This document shows positions 1 through 9,182 of a stretch of 32,050 nucleotides of DNA, piece by piece. This DNA is from a candidate division WOR-3 bacterium. Its GTDB lineage: Bacteria > Hydrothermota > Hydrothermia > LBFQ01. Location: NCBI GenBank assembly GCA_027050205.1, contig JALUCS010000095.1, positions 1 through 32,050 on the forward strand, given 5' to 3'. The notes beneath the pieces are model-generated. The model did not search any database. It saw only the letters and a program-made list of their open reading frames with translations, and was not told where the DNA came from. The position numbers and the translations under genes are program-made. The stretch's first letter is position 1. Each line of letters begins with the position of its first letter.

Positions 1-425
1 GGGAGCCGTCCATAGAGGAGATAGCCGAGTACCTTGAGATGCCCATAGAGAAGGTGGAGAGGGCCATAAGCGTGGCCAAGGAGCCGATAAGCATGGACAA
101 GCCCATAGGTAAGGACGAGGACGCCTCCTTCGGCGAGATCCTGTCCGACACCCGCAAACTCCCGGCGGAGGAGGAGATGAAGCTCATGACCCTGCGAGAG
201 AAGTTGGAGGAGGCCCTCTCCATGCTCACCCCGAGGGAGCGGAAGGTGATAGAGCTGCGGTACGGCCTTGACGGCAAGAAGCCCCGCACCCTTGAGGAGA
301 CCGGGAGGGAGCTGGGCCTAACCCGTGAGAGGGTGAGGCAGCTTGAGATCTCGGCCATAGAGAAGCTGAAGAACCCCATCCGTATCCACAAGTTGGGCCG
401 CTTCAGGGACATGGAGGAGCTTTAG
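1..425 (+). CDS. rpoD: RNA polymerase primary-type sigma-70 factor, C-terminal regions 3-4 (5'-truncated by the window edge)
   Basis: Contains EPISMDKPIG..D and LTPRERKVIELRYGL...RTLEETGRELGLTRERVRQLE (region 4.2 HTH). The frame is open to the window start. An RpoS-like group 2 sigma is not excluded. Confidence 0.85.
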   Translation, partial: EPSIEEIAEYLEMPIEKVERAISVAKEPISMDKPIGKDEDASFGEILSDTRKLPAEEEMKLMTLREKLEEALSMLTPRERKVIELRYGLDGKKPRTLEETGRELGLTRERVRQLEISAIEKLKNPIRIHKLGRFRDMEEL

Positions 426-428
426 CAG

Positions 429-1493
429 TTGCCCGTAGAGAAGGGGGTTGCCTTTCGGCTCTGGAGGGCCTTCTACAACCCGAAGGCGGAGGTGGCGAGG
501 GGGTTGGGGGTCCTGGCCGCCCGCGTCCTTGGGGTCAGGTCCATCTTTGAGACCTTCGCCGGTGGGGGTATCCGGACCCTCCTCTACGCCCGGTACGTAG
601 GGCCGGAGCTGCACCACGCCAACGAGGGCCACAGGGGTTTCCTGTGCGAACTCCTACACAACTACCTTGAGAACGGCCTCCCCGCCGATAGGCTCCGCCT
701 GTCCGTCTCCGACTTCCTCACCGATGGCCAGAGGTTCGTATGCGAGGGGCTAAGGTACGACTGGGTGGACCTTGACCCCTTCGGAACCCCCTCCCCCTTC
801 CTCGTCTGGTCCCTAAGCCTCGTAAGGCCGGGCGGGTACTTATACATAACCTCAACGGACACGGCCACCCTCTCCGGGAAGAGGCGGGGGGAGGACGTTA
901 GGCTCTACGGCGTGGCCCTCAGGCCGTGGGAGACCTACGCCGAGGTAGGGGCGAGAGCTTTGCTCTACTCCGTATGGAGCGCCGCCAACAGCCTAAACCT
1001 CCACGTCCGCCCCCTGTTCCTGTACTACGAGGGGTACGCCCACAGGCTCCTCGTGAGGGTGGAGGAGAGGCGGAGGGCGGAGGGGATAGGCTTCCTCCAC
1101 CGATGTAAGGTGTGCGGCACCTATACGGCCTCCCCGAGGGCGAGGGGTACGTGCGGGGTGTGCGGTGGGGAGGTGGAGGTGGTCGGCCCGGTGTGGATAG
1201 GCCCCCTGTACGATAGGGACCTCCTCCGGGAGATGGAGGAGGAGGCCGGGAGGATGGGGTGGGAGAAGGAGAGGCGGGCCATCCGGAGGATGAGGGGGGA
1301 GGTGGATGTGCCGATGTACTACGTCCTCGCGAACCTTCGGCTCCCCCAGACCCCATCCGTCAGGTGGGTGGTGAGGAGGTTGAGGGAGGCGGGTTTCAGG
1401 GCGAGCAGGACCCAGTTCCATCCGGGGGCGGTCAAGACGGACGCTCCGAGGCCGGACGTGATAGTGGAATTGGGAGGCATCTCCCGTAATTAA
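429..1493 (+). CDS. trm1: tRNA (guanine26-N2)-dimethyltransferase, Trm1 family (TTG start)
   Basis: SAM motif ETFAGGGIR, DLDPFGTP, ITSTDTATLSG, zinc finger CKVC..CGVC, GPVWIGPL and ASRTQF...KTDAP. Confidence 0.9.
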   Translation: MPVEKGVAFRLWRAFYNPKAEVARGLGVLAARVLGVRSIFETFAGGGIRTLLYARYVGPELHHANEGHRGFLCELLHNYLENGLPADRLRLSVSDFLTDGQRFVCEGLRYDWVDLDPFGTPSPFLVWSLSLVRPGGYLYITSTDTATLSGKRRGEDVRLYGVALRPWETYAEVGARALLYSVWSAANSLNLHVRPLFLYYEGYAHRLLVRVEERRRAEGIGFLHRCKVCGTYTASPRARGTCGVCGGEVEVVGPVWIGPLYDRDLLREMEEEAGRMGWEKERRAIRRMRGEVDVPMYYVLANLRLPQTPSVRWVVRRLREAGFRASRTQFHPGAVKTDAPRPDVIVELGGISRN

Positions 1494-2131
1494 CGTCGGT
1501 TAAGCTCCGAAGGCCTCCGGCCGAAGATGTCCTCCACCGTACTGTCGGCCCCGTACTTCAGGAGGAGGCTCACCATGGCCGTATCCCCCCTCGCGCAGGC
1601 GTAGTGGAGGGGGGTCTCCCCTGCCCAGTCTCTCTCGTTCGGATCTGCTCCCCGCTTCAACAGGAGGAGGGCCACGTCCCTGTGCCGCCCGTAGACGGCG
1701 AGGTGGAGGGGGGTTATACCCCAGTCGCTCCGGGCGTTCGGGTCCGCCCCCTTATGGACAAGGGCCTCAACCACCTTCAGGTACCCCCTGTCCGAGGCGA
1801 GGTGTAAGGGGGTTATACCCACCACGTCCCCCGCGTTCGGGTTGGCCCCGTACTTAAGGAGCAACCTTACTCCCCTTTCCCTTCCGTACCAGACGCAGTA
1901 GTGGAGGGGGGTCTGCTTCCTGTAATCCGTCCCGTTGGGGTTGGCTCCGTGCTTCAGGAGGGCCTTCAGGACCGGATAACTTCCCCCCTCGCAGGCGTAG
2001 TGGAGGGGCCTCTTGGTGCGCCCGTCCCTGCCGTTGGGGTCGTACCCCTCCTTGAGGAGCCGGAGGACGGCCTTTACGTTCCCCGATAGGGCGGCGTCAT
2101 GCAGGGCGTTGGCGACGATGAGTATCACCAT
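1490..2131 (-). CDS. Ankyrin-repeat protein (about 6 repeats)
   Basis: Repeated 33-aa G.TPLH.A...G....V..LL..GA.PN units. Confidence 0.93.
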   Translation of the reverse strand: MVILIVANALHDAALSGNVKAVLRLLKEGYDPNGRDGRTKRPLHYACEGGSYPVLKALLKHGANPNGTDYRKQTPLHYCVWYGRERGVRLLLKYGANPNAGDVVGITPLHLASDRGYLKVVEALVHKGADPNARSDWGITPLHLAVYGRHRDVALLLLKRGADPNERDWAGETPLHYACARGDTAMVSLLLKYGADSTVEDIFGRRPSELNRR

Positions 2132-3486
2132 AACCTGAAGGTCCTGCTCCTCGCTATCTCCTCGCCCTTGCCGTTGAGGACGCGGAAGACGTACCTGTCT
2201 CCGTCCGAGAGCAGCTCCACCCTCGCCGGAGGCTCACCCTCCCACACGGCCGTGTGGTTCCTCCGCCTGTCCTTCACGTCCCACGCCCCGGCGTATATCA
2301 GAATAACGCTGTTGGTGGCCTCCTTCAGCCACGGCCACTCCTCCCTGACGTAGAGGAAGGCCACACCCTCCCCCTCAATCATCCTGTAAGTTATTGGGTA
2401 GTTGTCAAAGGTCATCTTCCGGGATACGGGGGACCACCAGAACCTCAAGGGCCACCCTCCCCTCTCCAGATAGACGTCCATCACCTTCCCGTAGGTCTTC
2501 CTCTTCAGTGTCAGGAGGCTCTCCGCCGGTAAATCCCGGTAGGCGACGGCCACGACCTCCCCGCCCTTCAGGGGGGACGGAGGGTCCCACTCGCCGTAGG
2601 CCTCTATGAGGGTGTCGTTCTTCGGCATCCAGAACATCCGCATATCCACACCGGCGTCGTAGGTGGCCTGGAGCTGGCGGAGGATGTACCTCTTCAGGCC
2701 GAGGCTCTTGGGTACCCTCCACCCGAAGGCCTGGAGCCACACCCTTATCCTCTCCGCCGGGAAACCGAACATACGCATGTTCAGGAGGGTGTGGTAGGGG
2801 GCCTGGTAGGGTTTGAGGAGGACGCCCCAGTAGTGGGAGGGGTAGGCCATGGGGGAGAGGATGTCAAAGATCTCCCCGTAGGTGAAGATGTCCTGCCCTA
2901 TCCTGTCCCACCATCCCCTGTAGCGGAAGGGGATGCGGCCGAAGATGTCCGCCGATGTTGGGACGGAGTCGGGGACGACGACGACTATCTCCTTTAGGGC
3001 GGGCAGGAGTCTCCTCCTCCTATCCTCCACCTCAACGCCGAGGGAGGCGTCGGGCCAGCGAACGTAGTCCAGCTGCACCTCATCCACGTAGGGGAGGGTG
3101 GCCTCCACCACTGCCCGGTTGTAGGAGACGGAGATGCTGTCGGGGAAGACGAAGCCCTTGTACCCCCTCCCAAGGACCTTGAAGAGGAGGGGATCGTTGA
3201 AGACCGTCACCCTGCCTATGACGTACAGGCCCATCCTTCTGGCCTTTACGGCCATGGGGGTTATGTCCTGGGAGAAGGCTCCGGTACTATCGGCCAGCGG
3301 ATGGGAGAAGGGGACGCCAACCTCCCCCCGGACGGTCTTGAAGTCCAGGATGACACAGTCAAAACCACCCCGCTTGACCTTCCTGAGGAGGGAGTCCGCC
3401 GAGCCGTCCTTCAGGGCCTTAACCGTGCGCCTGTAGCTGATGTGGAACCCGGCCTCACAACCGTAGGTGAGGAGGAGGAGCAGCAT
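2125..3486 (-). CDS. Putative glycoside hydrolase (DUF4015-like TIM barrel) with uncharacterised C-terminal domain, paralogue A
   Basis: VILDFK..G, YVIGRVTVFND, DEVQLDYVRWP, SADIFG, IGQD, SPMAYPSHY and IRVWLQAF motifs. Confidence 0.75.
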   Translation of the reverse strand: MLLLLLTYGCEAGFHISYRRTVKALKDGSADSLLRKVKRGGFDCVILDFKTVRGEVGVPFSHPLADSTGAFSQDITPMAVKARRMGLYVIGRVTVFNDPLLFKVLGRGYKGFVFPDSISVSYNRAVVEATLPYVDEVQLDYVRWPDASLGVEVEDRRRRLLPALKEIVVVVPDSVPTSADIFGRIPFRYRGWWDRIGQDIFTYGEIFDILSPMAYPSHYWGVLLKPYQAPYHTLLNMRMFGFPAERIRVWLQAFGWRVPKSLGLKRYILRQLQATYDAGVDMRMFWMPKNDTLIEAYGEWDPPSPLKGGEVVAVAYRDLPAESLLTLKRKTYGKVMDVYLERGGWPLRFWWSPVSRKMTFDNYPITYRMIEGEGVAFLYVREEWPWLKEATNSVILIYAGAWDVKDRRRNHTAVWEGEPPARVELLSDGDRYVFRVLNGKGEEIARSRTFRLW

Positions 3487-3498
3487 AGTTCCCCTATT

Positions 3499-4839
3499 CT
3501 ACAGAGGGAAGGGTTTGCTCTCCGCCAACACCTCCCCCCGTGCGTCCCTCGCTCTCAACTTCAAGAGGCCCTCCCCCTTCAGTACCTCAACCGTGGCCGG
3601 TGCCTCTCCCCTCCAGTAGAGGGTGTAGTTCCGCCGTTTCTCCTCCACCTTAAAGTCCCCAGCCCTTAGGAGTATTACGACGTTGAAGGGGCTGTCCGTC
3701 CAACTCCACCTCTCCCTCGTGTAGAGTAGCAGGACACTGTCCCCCCTGAAGAGCCTTATCTCCTCCACCCCGGTGAAGGAGGAGGTTAGCCAGTACCTTA
3801 GGGTCCAGCCCCGGAGCTTGAGGGCGACGTCCCACCTCCTCCGTACGGTGTCCAGAAGCCCTCCCTCGTCCGTAGGACTGGCCACGTCCCATACCTCGTT
3901 GGGGTCTCCAGTACGGAGGGAGGCAAGATAGGCCCGGTGGGTGCGGGTTAGGACGGGGACGTTGGGTAGCCAGAACATATAGCCTATGCCTCCGAGGTCG
4001 GAGACGGCGTCCAGCTGCCTCCTTACGTACCACGAAAGGCCCTTCCTCCGGGGTACCCTGTAGCCGAAGGCCTGTATCCACACCCTTATACGGGAGGTGT
4101 CCGCCCCGAAGGAGATCATATCAAGGAGGGTGTGGTAGGGGGCCTGGTAGGGGTCCAGAAGCTCCTTCCAGTAGTGGGAGGGGTAGGCCATGGGGGATAG
4201 GATGTCAAAGATCTCGTAGAAGTCGTATATGCTCTGGGCTATCATATCGTGGCTGCCTTTGGGCTGGAGGGGGATACGGCCGAAGATGTCGGCCGATGTT
4301 GGGACGGAGTCCGGGACCGGCTCCAAGATGTACCTTACGGCCTTCAGGAGTATCTCCACCTTCTTCCTGTGGGGCAACCCTACCCCAAAGTCCGGCCAAC
4401 GGACGTAGTCCAGCTGCACCTCATCCACGTAGGGGAGGGTGGCCTCCACCACTGCCCGGTTGTAGGAGAGGACGGAGGTATCGCTCGGAGGTACGAACTC
4501 ACCGTGGCCCTTACCTAGAGCCTTCCTAAGGCTCCTATCCTTAAACATCGTTATCCGCCCTACGACGTAGACTCCCCTCTTCCTGAAGTACGTCGCCACC
4601 TTCCTTAGGTCTCCCTTGTAGGCACGGGTGCGGTTGAGGAGGGGGTGGTTGAAGGGTACCCCAACGTACCCCTCTATCGTCTTGAAGTCTATTACGACGC
4701 AGTCAAACCCCGCCTCCTTTATCCTCTCGTAGTACCTCTCCCGCTTCGCCCGGTTCCTAAGGGAAAGGGCGCGTGCGAAGGGAACGTGTATCCCCCGCTG
4801 GCATCCGGCAAACGTGGTGAGCAGGTAGATAAACATCAT
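3499..4839 (-). CDS. Putative glycoside hydrolase (DUF4015-like), paralogue B
   Basis: Same motif set as 2125-3486, collinear over the full length. Confidence 0.75.
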   Translation of the reverse strand: MMFIYLLTTFAGCQRGIHVPFARALSLRNRAKRERYYERIKEAGFDCVVIDFKTIEGYVGVPFNHPLLNRTRAYKGDLRKVATYFRKRGVYVVGRITMFKDRSLRKALGKGHGEFVPPSDTSVLSYNRAVVEATLPYVDEVQLDYVRWPDFGVGLPHRKKVEILLKAVRYILEPVPDSVPTSADIFGRIPLQPKGSHDMIAQSIYDFYEIFDILSPMAYPSHYWKELLDPYQAPYHTLLDMISFGADTSRIRVWIQAFGYRVPRRKGLSWYVRRQLDAVSDLGGIGYMFWLPNVPVLTRTHRAYLASLRTGDPNEVWDVASPTDEGGLLDTVRRRWDVALKLRGWTLRYWLTSSFTGVEEIRLFRGDSVLLLYTRERWSWTDSPFNVVILLRAGDFKVEEKRRNYTLYWRGEAPATVEVLKGEGLLKLRARDARGEVLAESKPFPL

Positions 4840-5711
4840 CTGAACCTCCTTTTGAAGAAGTCGTCTATGCCCGCTGCTATGTCCCTCGCCAAAGCCTCCT
4901 GATAGTCCTCCCTCTGGAGCTTCTCCGCCTCCTCCGGGTTGGAGATGTATCCCAGCTCTATGAGGACGGAGGGGAAGTATATCTGCCTTAGGACGTAGAA
5001 GTTGGCCTGCCTTATACCCCTGTCCCTCGTGTATCTCTTCAGTCTCGTATGGACGGCCAGGGCCAGCTCCCTTGAGTCCTCAAGGAAGAGGTTCTGGAGC
5101 ATATCCCCGATTATCCCTTTAACTTCGCCGAGGTGGGCGTAGGGCATGTTCTCAACGAGGGCGGCCGCCCGCCTGTCCGTAGCCCTATCAAGGGTGAGGA
5201 TGTAGGTCTCAAGGCCCTCGGCGGCGGGGTTGGACATGAAGTTGCAGTGGAGGCTCACGTATATCCTGTATTTGGCTACTACGGAGTTGGCCAGCTCCCC
5301 CCTCTCAAAGAGGGAGACGAAGCGGTCCTCCTTGCGGGTTAGGACCACCCTGTAGCCCATACCTTTGAGGATGCCAGCGAGTTTGAGGGCGACGGACAGG
5401 GTTATGTCCTTCTCCCTGACACCGGAGACCCCGAAGGCCCCGAAGTCCGTGCCGCCATGACCGGGGTCCACCACTACGGCGAACACCCCCTTGGAGTAGA
5501 GGACGAGGGTATCACCGCGGGGTTCCGAGTGGGCGAAGGTTTTCCCGAGGAATAGGAGAGTCCCCTTGCCGCGCACTTTGGCACTGTCTATGAAGGCCGG
5601 TAGTCTCTTGGCCCCCAACTTGCCCCTTACGGTTAGGACGTTGCCCTTGACGGTGTAATCCTTTACGGGGAAGAGGAGAGCGCTGTCTCCGAGGGGCAAG
5701 AGTACGAGCAT
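4836..5711 (-). CDS. N-acetylmuramoyl-L-alanine amidase (Amidase_3, AmiC-like)
   Basis: VVVDPGHGG.D.GA, EKDITL, LTRKED.FVSL.ER, SLHCN and PSVLIELGYISN zinc-amidase motifs. Confidence 0.93.
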   Translation of the reverse strand: MLVLLPLGDSALLFPVKDYTVKGNVLTVRGKLGAKRLPAFIDSAKVRGKGTLLFLGKTFAHSEPRGDTLVLYSKGVFAVVVDPGHGGTDFGAFGVSGVREKDITLSVALKLAGILKGMGYRVVLTRKEDRFVSLFERGELANSVVAKYRIYVSLHCNFMSNPAAEGLETYILTLDRATDRRAAALVENMPYAHLGEVKGIIGDMLQNLFLEDSRELALAVHTRLKRYTRDRGIRQANFYVLRQIYFPSVLIELGYISNPEEAEKLQREDYQEALARDIAAGIDDFFKRRFR

Positions 5712-5725
5712 AACGGTTGCAGATT

Positions 5726-6616
5726 TTACCGTTGAGATAGGAGGTCCTTGAGCTTGGCGGAGGCTTCCTCCCGGCTGACCGTTATCAGGGGCTTGAGGCT
5801 CTTTATGAACCTCCTCTGCCTCCGGGACAGGACCTTGTCGGCCTTCGCCTTCTTCCTTATAGCCGTCTCAAGGTCGTACTTCCCTTCAAGGTACTCCAAG
5901 GCCTGCCTGTATGCTATCACCCTCTTCCCCCACCGGGCGAAACAGGGGTACATCTTCAGGATCCTCTCCGTCTCCTCCACTAACCCCTCCTCCAAGAACA
6001 TCCTCCTCGCCCTCTCCTCTATCCTCCTGTAAAGCTCCTCCCTCGGTACGTCTATGTATAGGAATGTACCCCCGTACTTCGGCCTCTCGCTTTGCTTCCT
6101 CCACCAGGAGATGGGTTTACCCGTCGCAAGCAGTACCTCCAACGCCCGCGATACGCGGTAGGTGTCGTTGGGGTGTATCCTCCGGGCAGTCTCCGGATCC
6201 TCCCTCCGCAGCAGGGCGTACCCCTCCCCGCTTTCAGCCATCTCCAACGCCCTCCTCCGTACCTCCTCCGGTATGTCTGGCTGGGGAAAGAAACCGTAGA
6301 AGAGGGCGCGGAGGTAGAGGACACTCGCCCCCTCAAGGAAGACGGGCTTCCCCTCACTTAAGGCCCTTCCTATCTCCCTCTCCGCCATCTTCGCCCAGGC
6401 GTAGGCGGAGAAGTCCTCGCAAGGCTCAAGTACGTCCAGGAGCCTGTAAAGGTGGCGGTACTCCGGGGGAGGTTTGGCCGTACCCACGTCCAGATACTTG
6501 TAGAGCTTCCGGCTGTCGGCGTTTATTACTACGGCTCCGGTCTCCTCCGCCACCCTTATGGATATCTCCGTCTTACCGCTCGCCGTCGGCCCCACCAGTA
6601 CCGGGACGCTTTTCAT
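5726..6616 (-). CDS. miaA: tRNA dimethylallyltransferase
   Basis: GPTASGKT P-loop, INADSR.LY..LDVGTAKP and IHPND.YRV.RALEV. Confidence 0.95.
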   Translation of the reverse strand: MKSVPVLVGPTASGKTEISIRVAEETGAVVINADSRKLYKYLDVGTAKPPPEYRHLYRLLDVLEPCEDFSAYAWAKMAEREIGRALSEGKPVFLEGASVLYLRALFYGFFPQPDIPEEVRRRALEMAESGEGYALLRREDPETARRIHPNDTYRVSRALEVLLATGKPISWWRKQSERPKYGGTFLYIDVPREELYRRIEERARRMFLEEGLVEETERILKMYPCFARWGKRVIAYRQALEYLEGKYDLETAIRKKAKADKVLSRRQRRFIKSLKPLITVSREEASAKLKDLLSQR

Positions 6617-7095
6617 GCCTTCAGCTCAAAGCCCGGAGGGAAGTCCAGAGCCAGCCTCCCACCGAAGGTCCTGACTATCCTGTTGGCGTGGATATTCACC
6701 ACGTTTATGGCGATGTCTATGATCCTGTCCAGCTCCTCCTCCGTCAGGTCGTTGTCCGTTATGGAGTGCTTGTATATGAGGGTGCCGTTCATATAGCCGA
6801 AGGCACCGATGGGGATCTGGAGGTTGATCTCAAGGATGGAGAGGAGGACCCTCTCGTCCGTAGGGAGGTCCACCACTGCGGGGGAGTTGAGGACGACGGC
6901 GTAGGGTATCCTGTCCAGGCCCGTGGGTATTATGTGGATGGTGAAGGGAAATTCCTTGGCGACGAACTGTACCCCGAAGATCCTCTCGTTGTCTGCTATC
7001 ACCATATAGGGAAGCCTCTTCCTGCGGAGTATGTCCAGAAGGAGGTTCTTCAGCTGCCCGAGCATTACGGTTATTCTACGGACGCTATCCTGCAC
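6613..7095 (-). CDS. Hypothetical protein, YbjN-like (T3SS-chaperone fold)
   Basis: LLSILEINLQIPIGAFG...YKHSI....LTEEEL pattern. Overlaps the miaA start (ATGA coupling). Confidence 0.5.
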   Translation of the reverse strand: MQDSVRRITVMLGQLKNLLLDILRRKRLPYMVIADNERIFGVQFVAKEFPFTIHIIPTGLDRIPYAVVLNSPAVVDLPTDERVLLSILEINLQIPIGAFGYMNGTLIYKHSITDNDLTEEELDRIIDIAINVVNIHANRIVRTFGGRLALDFPPGFELKA

Positions 7096-7157
7096 TTTAC
7101 AACGGTTCCTTTGGAGGGGTTATTCTCCTTCAACGGCGTTATAATATTCTCCGAATT

Positions 7158-9182
7158 ATGCTGTGGATTACTGCTTTCCCTTTAAGGGTGGATAGTGAGG
7201 CCGTAGAGGCCTACAACAGGGGCATAAACATGCTCTTCGTCCAGAACGTCGGCCAGCTGTCCAACGAGGTGGTCTTCTACTCTATGCACCCGACGATGGC
7301 CTACGTCCTCAAGGACGGCACCATACACATCAACGGCGTAAAGGTGTCCTTCGGGACGAAACCGAGGTTCATAACGGGGGATATGCCCCTGAAGACGAAG
7401 GTCTCCTACTTCGGCCGGGGAAAGGCAATAGGCGACATACCGACGTACAAACGCATCGTCCTGAAGGAGGTCTATCCCAAAATAGACGCCGTACTCACGG
7501 CCGACGGCAGGGGTGTCGTTGAGTTCCAGTTCATCGTCCGACCCGGAGGGGATCCGAGCCGGATAAAGGTTGAGACGGATGGGGATGTGAAGGTGGAGGA
7601 AGATGGCCTCTATATCGTCAAGGATGGTAAGAAGGTTGTAAAGATAAGCAGTCTCAAGGCCTATCAGGGGGCAGAGGAGGTAAAGGTCAGACCCGTACTA
7701 GCCAAAAGCACCCTCAAGTTCGCAGTCGGGGAGTACGACAGGAGGCACACCCTCGTAATTGACCCGATAGTAACGGCCATTCTGGCGTCAAGTAGCTACG
7801 ATTACTCCTCCTCTCTCGCGATAGACGGCTCCGGGAACATCTTTGTCGCCGGTTATACGGCCAACTCCGCCGAGTTCTCATCGGACAGGACAGTCTTCGG
7901 TGTACCAAGTACCCCCTACGACTCTGCTGCCTTCGTCAGTAAGTTAAGTGGGGACCTAACGGAACACATAGCGACGGCTATACTGACGTCAAGTGGGTAC
8001 GATAGGGCCGGTGCCGTAGCCGTAGATGGGGATGGGTCGGTGTTCGTAGTAGGTTATACGGCGCACTCCAGCGACTTCGCACCGAGTAGAAACGTCTTCG
8101 GTACCGTTGGGGGGAACGACGCCTTCGTCAGTAAGTTGGACAACGACCTTTCCACCCACATAGCAACGGCCATCCTAGCCTCCAGCGGGAACGACGGCGC
8201 CAGCAGCGTAGCAATAGACGACAGCGGGTACGTCTTCGTCGTAGGCCGTACCGATAGCTCCGGCGACTTCGCCCCATCCCGGAACGTCTTCGGTACCACG
8301 GGCAATAGCGACGCCTTCATCAGTAAGTTGAACAACGACCTTTCCACCCACATAGCAACGGCCATCCTAGCCTCTAATGGTTTTGACCACGCCGAGGATA
8401 TGGCGATGGACGGAGATGGGAATATCTTCATCACGGGTTATACGTGGGGTGGCTCCGGATTCGCACCGAGTAGGAACGTCTTCGGCACCATAGGAGGTCC
8501 CAGCGACGCATTTGTCAGTAAGTTGAGCGGAGACCTAACCACCCATATAGCAACGGCCATCCTGACATCGGATAGCATTGATTTCGGGCGTTCGGTGGCC
8601 GTGGATAGCCTTGGGAACGTGTTCGTGGTCGGATTTACAGTAAACTCCTCCAACTTCGCCCCCGACAGGAACATCTTTGGAACCCTCGGTCATAACGATG
8701 CGTTCGTAAGCAAGATAAACAACTCCCTCACCGAGCATATCACCACGGCTATACTGACCTCAAGCGATGACGATTTCGCCAACTTCGTGGCCATAGACCG
8801 CGATGGGGAGGTTATCGTCGTCGGTGGCACCTTCCACTTCAGCGACTTTCCGGGTAGTAAGCGCATCTTCGGTACCCCTGGAGGTCTCCACGACATTTTC
8901 ATAACCAAACTCCCCGGCGCCTTAAACGTCTCCGAGAGGCCCACCTCCTCGGCCGATATGGACGTCAGATTTTCAAAGGACGCCCTGATCATAAACCTGC
9001 CCACGTCCGCCTACGTCGGCTACGACCTCTACTCCCCCGATGGCCGCCTAATCAAACGGGTAAGCCTTGGATACCTACCGGCCGGTCGGTACAGGTATCG
9101 CCTGAACCTACCGAGGGGAGCGTACTTCCTGAAGGTAAGGGTAGGGGAAAGGGTAGAGGTCCTCAAGGGGATGGTGCGGTGA
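7158..9182 (+). CDS. Secreted SBBP-repeat beta-propeller protein with T9SS-like C-terminal domain
   Basis: N-domain F.QN.GQ, EVYPKID, FIVRPGGDP, LKAYQ, YD...TLVIDP. About 6 repeats of ~64 aa (DAFVSKL..DL..HIATAIL.S). CTD contains LYSPDGRL...GAYFLKV. Confidence 0.85.
   Translation: MLWITAFPLRVDSEAVEAYNRGINMLFVQNVGQLSNEVVFYSMHPTMAYVLKDGTIHINGVKVSFGTKPRFITGDMPLKTKVSYFGRGKAIGDIPTYKRIVLKEVYPKIDAVLTADGRGVVEFQFIVRPGGDPSRIKVETDGDVKVEEDGLYIVKDGKKVVKISSLKAYQGAEEVKVRPVLAKSTLKFAVGEYDRRHTLVIDPIVTAILASSSYDYSSSLAIDGSGNIFVAGYTANSAEFSSDRTVFGVPSTPYDSAAFVSKLSGDLTEHIATAILTSSGYDRAGAVAVDGDGSVFVVGYTAHSSDFAPSRNVFGTVGGNDAFVSKLDNDLSTHIATAILASSGNDGASSVAIDDSGYVFVVGRTDSSGDFAPSRNVFGTTGNSDAFISKLNNDLSTHIATAILASNGFDHAEDMAMDGDGNIFITGYTWGGSGFAPSRNVFGTIGGPSDAFVSKLSGDLTTHIATAILTSDSIDFGRSVAVDSLGNVFVVGFTVNSSNFAPDRNIFGTLGHNDAFVSKINNSLTEHITTAILTSSDDDFANFVAIDRDGEVIVVGGTFHFSDFPGSKRIFGTPGGLHDIFITKLPGALNVSERPTSSADMDVRFSKDALIINLPTSAYVGYDLYSPDGRLIKRVSLGYLPAGRYRYRLNLPRGAYFLKVRVGERVEVLKGMVR
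7920..8770 (+). repeat. Intragenic ~190-bp repeats encoding propeller blades
   Basis: gccttcgtcagtaagtt-like and cacatagcaacggccatcct blocks recur at roughly 190-nt spacing. Confidence 0.8.

Noticed and set aside
3487..3501. Stop read-through fusing the two in-frame GH paralogues
   Set aside because: Being in frame has a 1-in-3 chance, and the downstream gene has its own hydrophobic N-terminus and -10 box.
5911..7185. 424-aa ORF and other long antisense ORFs (for example 23917-24435, 25739-26242)
   Set aside because: They are shadow frames opposite well-supported genes, with low-complexity or repeat-mirroring translations.
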